Shown here one piece after another: positions 63,790 through 64,000 of a stretch of DNA of 64,000 bases. Under the pieces are notes generated by a model. The model did no database searches. It was given only the letters and a program-made list of their open reading frames with translations, and was not told the origin of the DNA. The stretch is from Hypanus sabinus (lineage: Eukaryota). The DNA lies in contig NC_082717.1 in assembly GCF_030144855.1 (NCBI RefSeq), positions 104,966,001 through 105,030,000 of the forward strand, read 5' to 3'. Numbering within the stretch: the stretch's first letter is position 1; every line of letters starts with the position of its first letter. Both the position numbers and the translations under genes were made by a program.

Positions 63790-64000
63790 AGGTTTGCGGT
63801 AAAGGGGCAGTCGAAAATGGCTGCGATATCGCCCAGAATGCTCCGCGCGAGAGAAACAGCCCAATTGCCCGCGGAGCCAGCCAGTGCGCGGCGACCGACC
63901 CAGGACGGTGGTGACGTAACGTCGGTGCGGGGGGTGAGGTCTCCCGCCGCGGGTGATGCGACGTACACATGCGCGGATCCGCCGCAGGTAAGGAGCCGCC
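63790..64000 (+). promoter_or_regulatory. CpG-island promoter with probable non-coding first exon of a divergent plus-strand gene
   Basis: CpG-dense; YY1-like AAAATGGCTGC at 63814; CRE/ATF-like TGACGTAA at 63912; NRF1-like CATGCGC; strong donor CAG|GTAAGG at 63987/63988. Confidence 0.75.

Overview
AT-rich, repeat-dense vertebrate genomic DNA. The mix of CR1, Rex1/Babar, L1, Penelope, V-SINE, Tc1 and hAT elements suggests a cartilaginous fish, probably a ray (inference). The only host coding sequence I can support is the first three exons of a minus-strand SENP6/SENP7-family SUMO protease: 41587-41617, 15086-15185 and 982-1036. They splice in phases 1/2/0 to give MAGRRSQLLEALDRTAAQNDCGVKSKWSCEDTEKEDHPVNLEKDVSHLLSADRETMEAKEPK, and the gene starts in a CpG island at about 41.3-42.2 kb. 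A second CpG-island promoter with a probable non-coding first exon of a divergent plus-strand gene lies at the right edge. Most of the rest is transposon debris: a CsRN1-clade Gypsy provirus with both LTRs, TSD and tRNA-Trp PBS plus related solo LTRs; a decayed chromovirus-like Gypsy carrying a 43-bp minisatellite; two L1s with TSDs, one with a twin-priming inversion; and many Penelope fragments carrying minimal hammerhead-ribozyme motifs. Nearly all long ORFs in the track are TE remnants or repeat artefacts. I found no convincing novel multi-gene system. The best leads are the hammerhead family, a TE-built CpG-rich zone with apparent AT-to-GC bias around the 43-bp array, a perfect 50-bp templated inverted duplication, and candidate splicing regulators around SENP exon 2. 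All alignments were done by eye.
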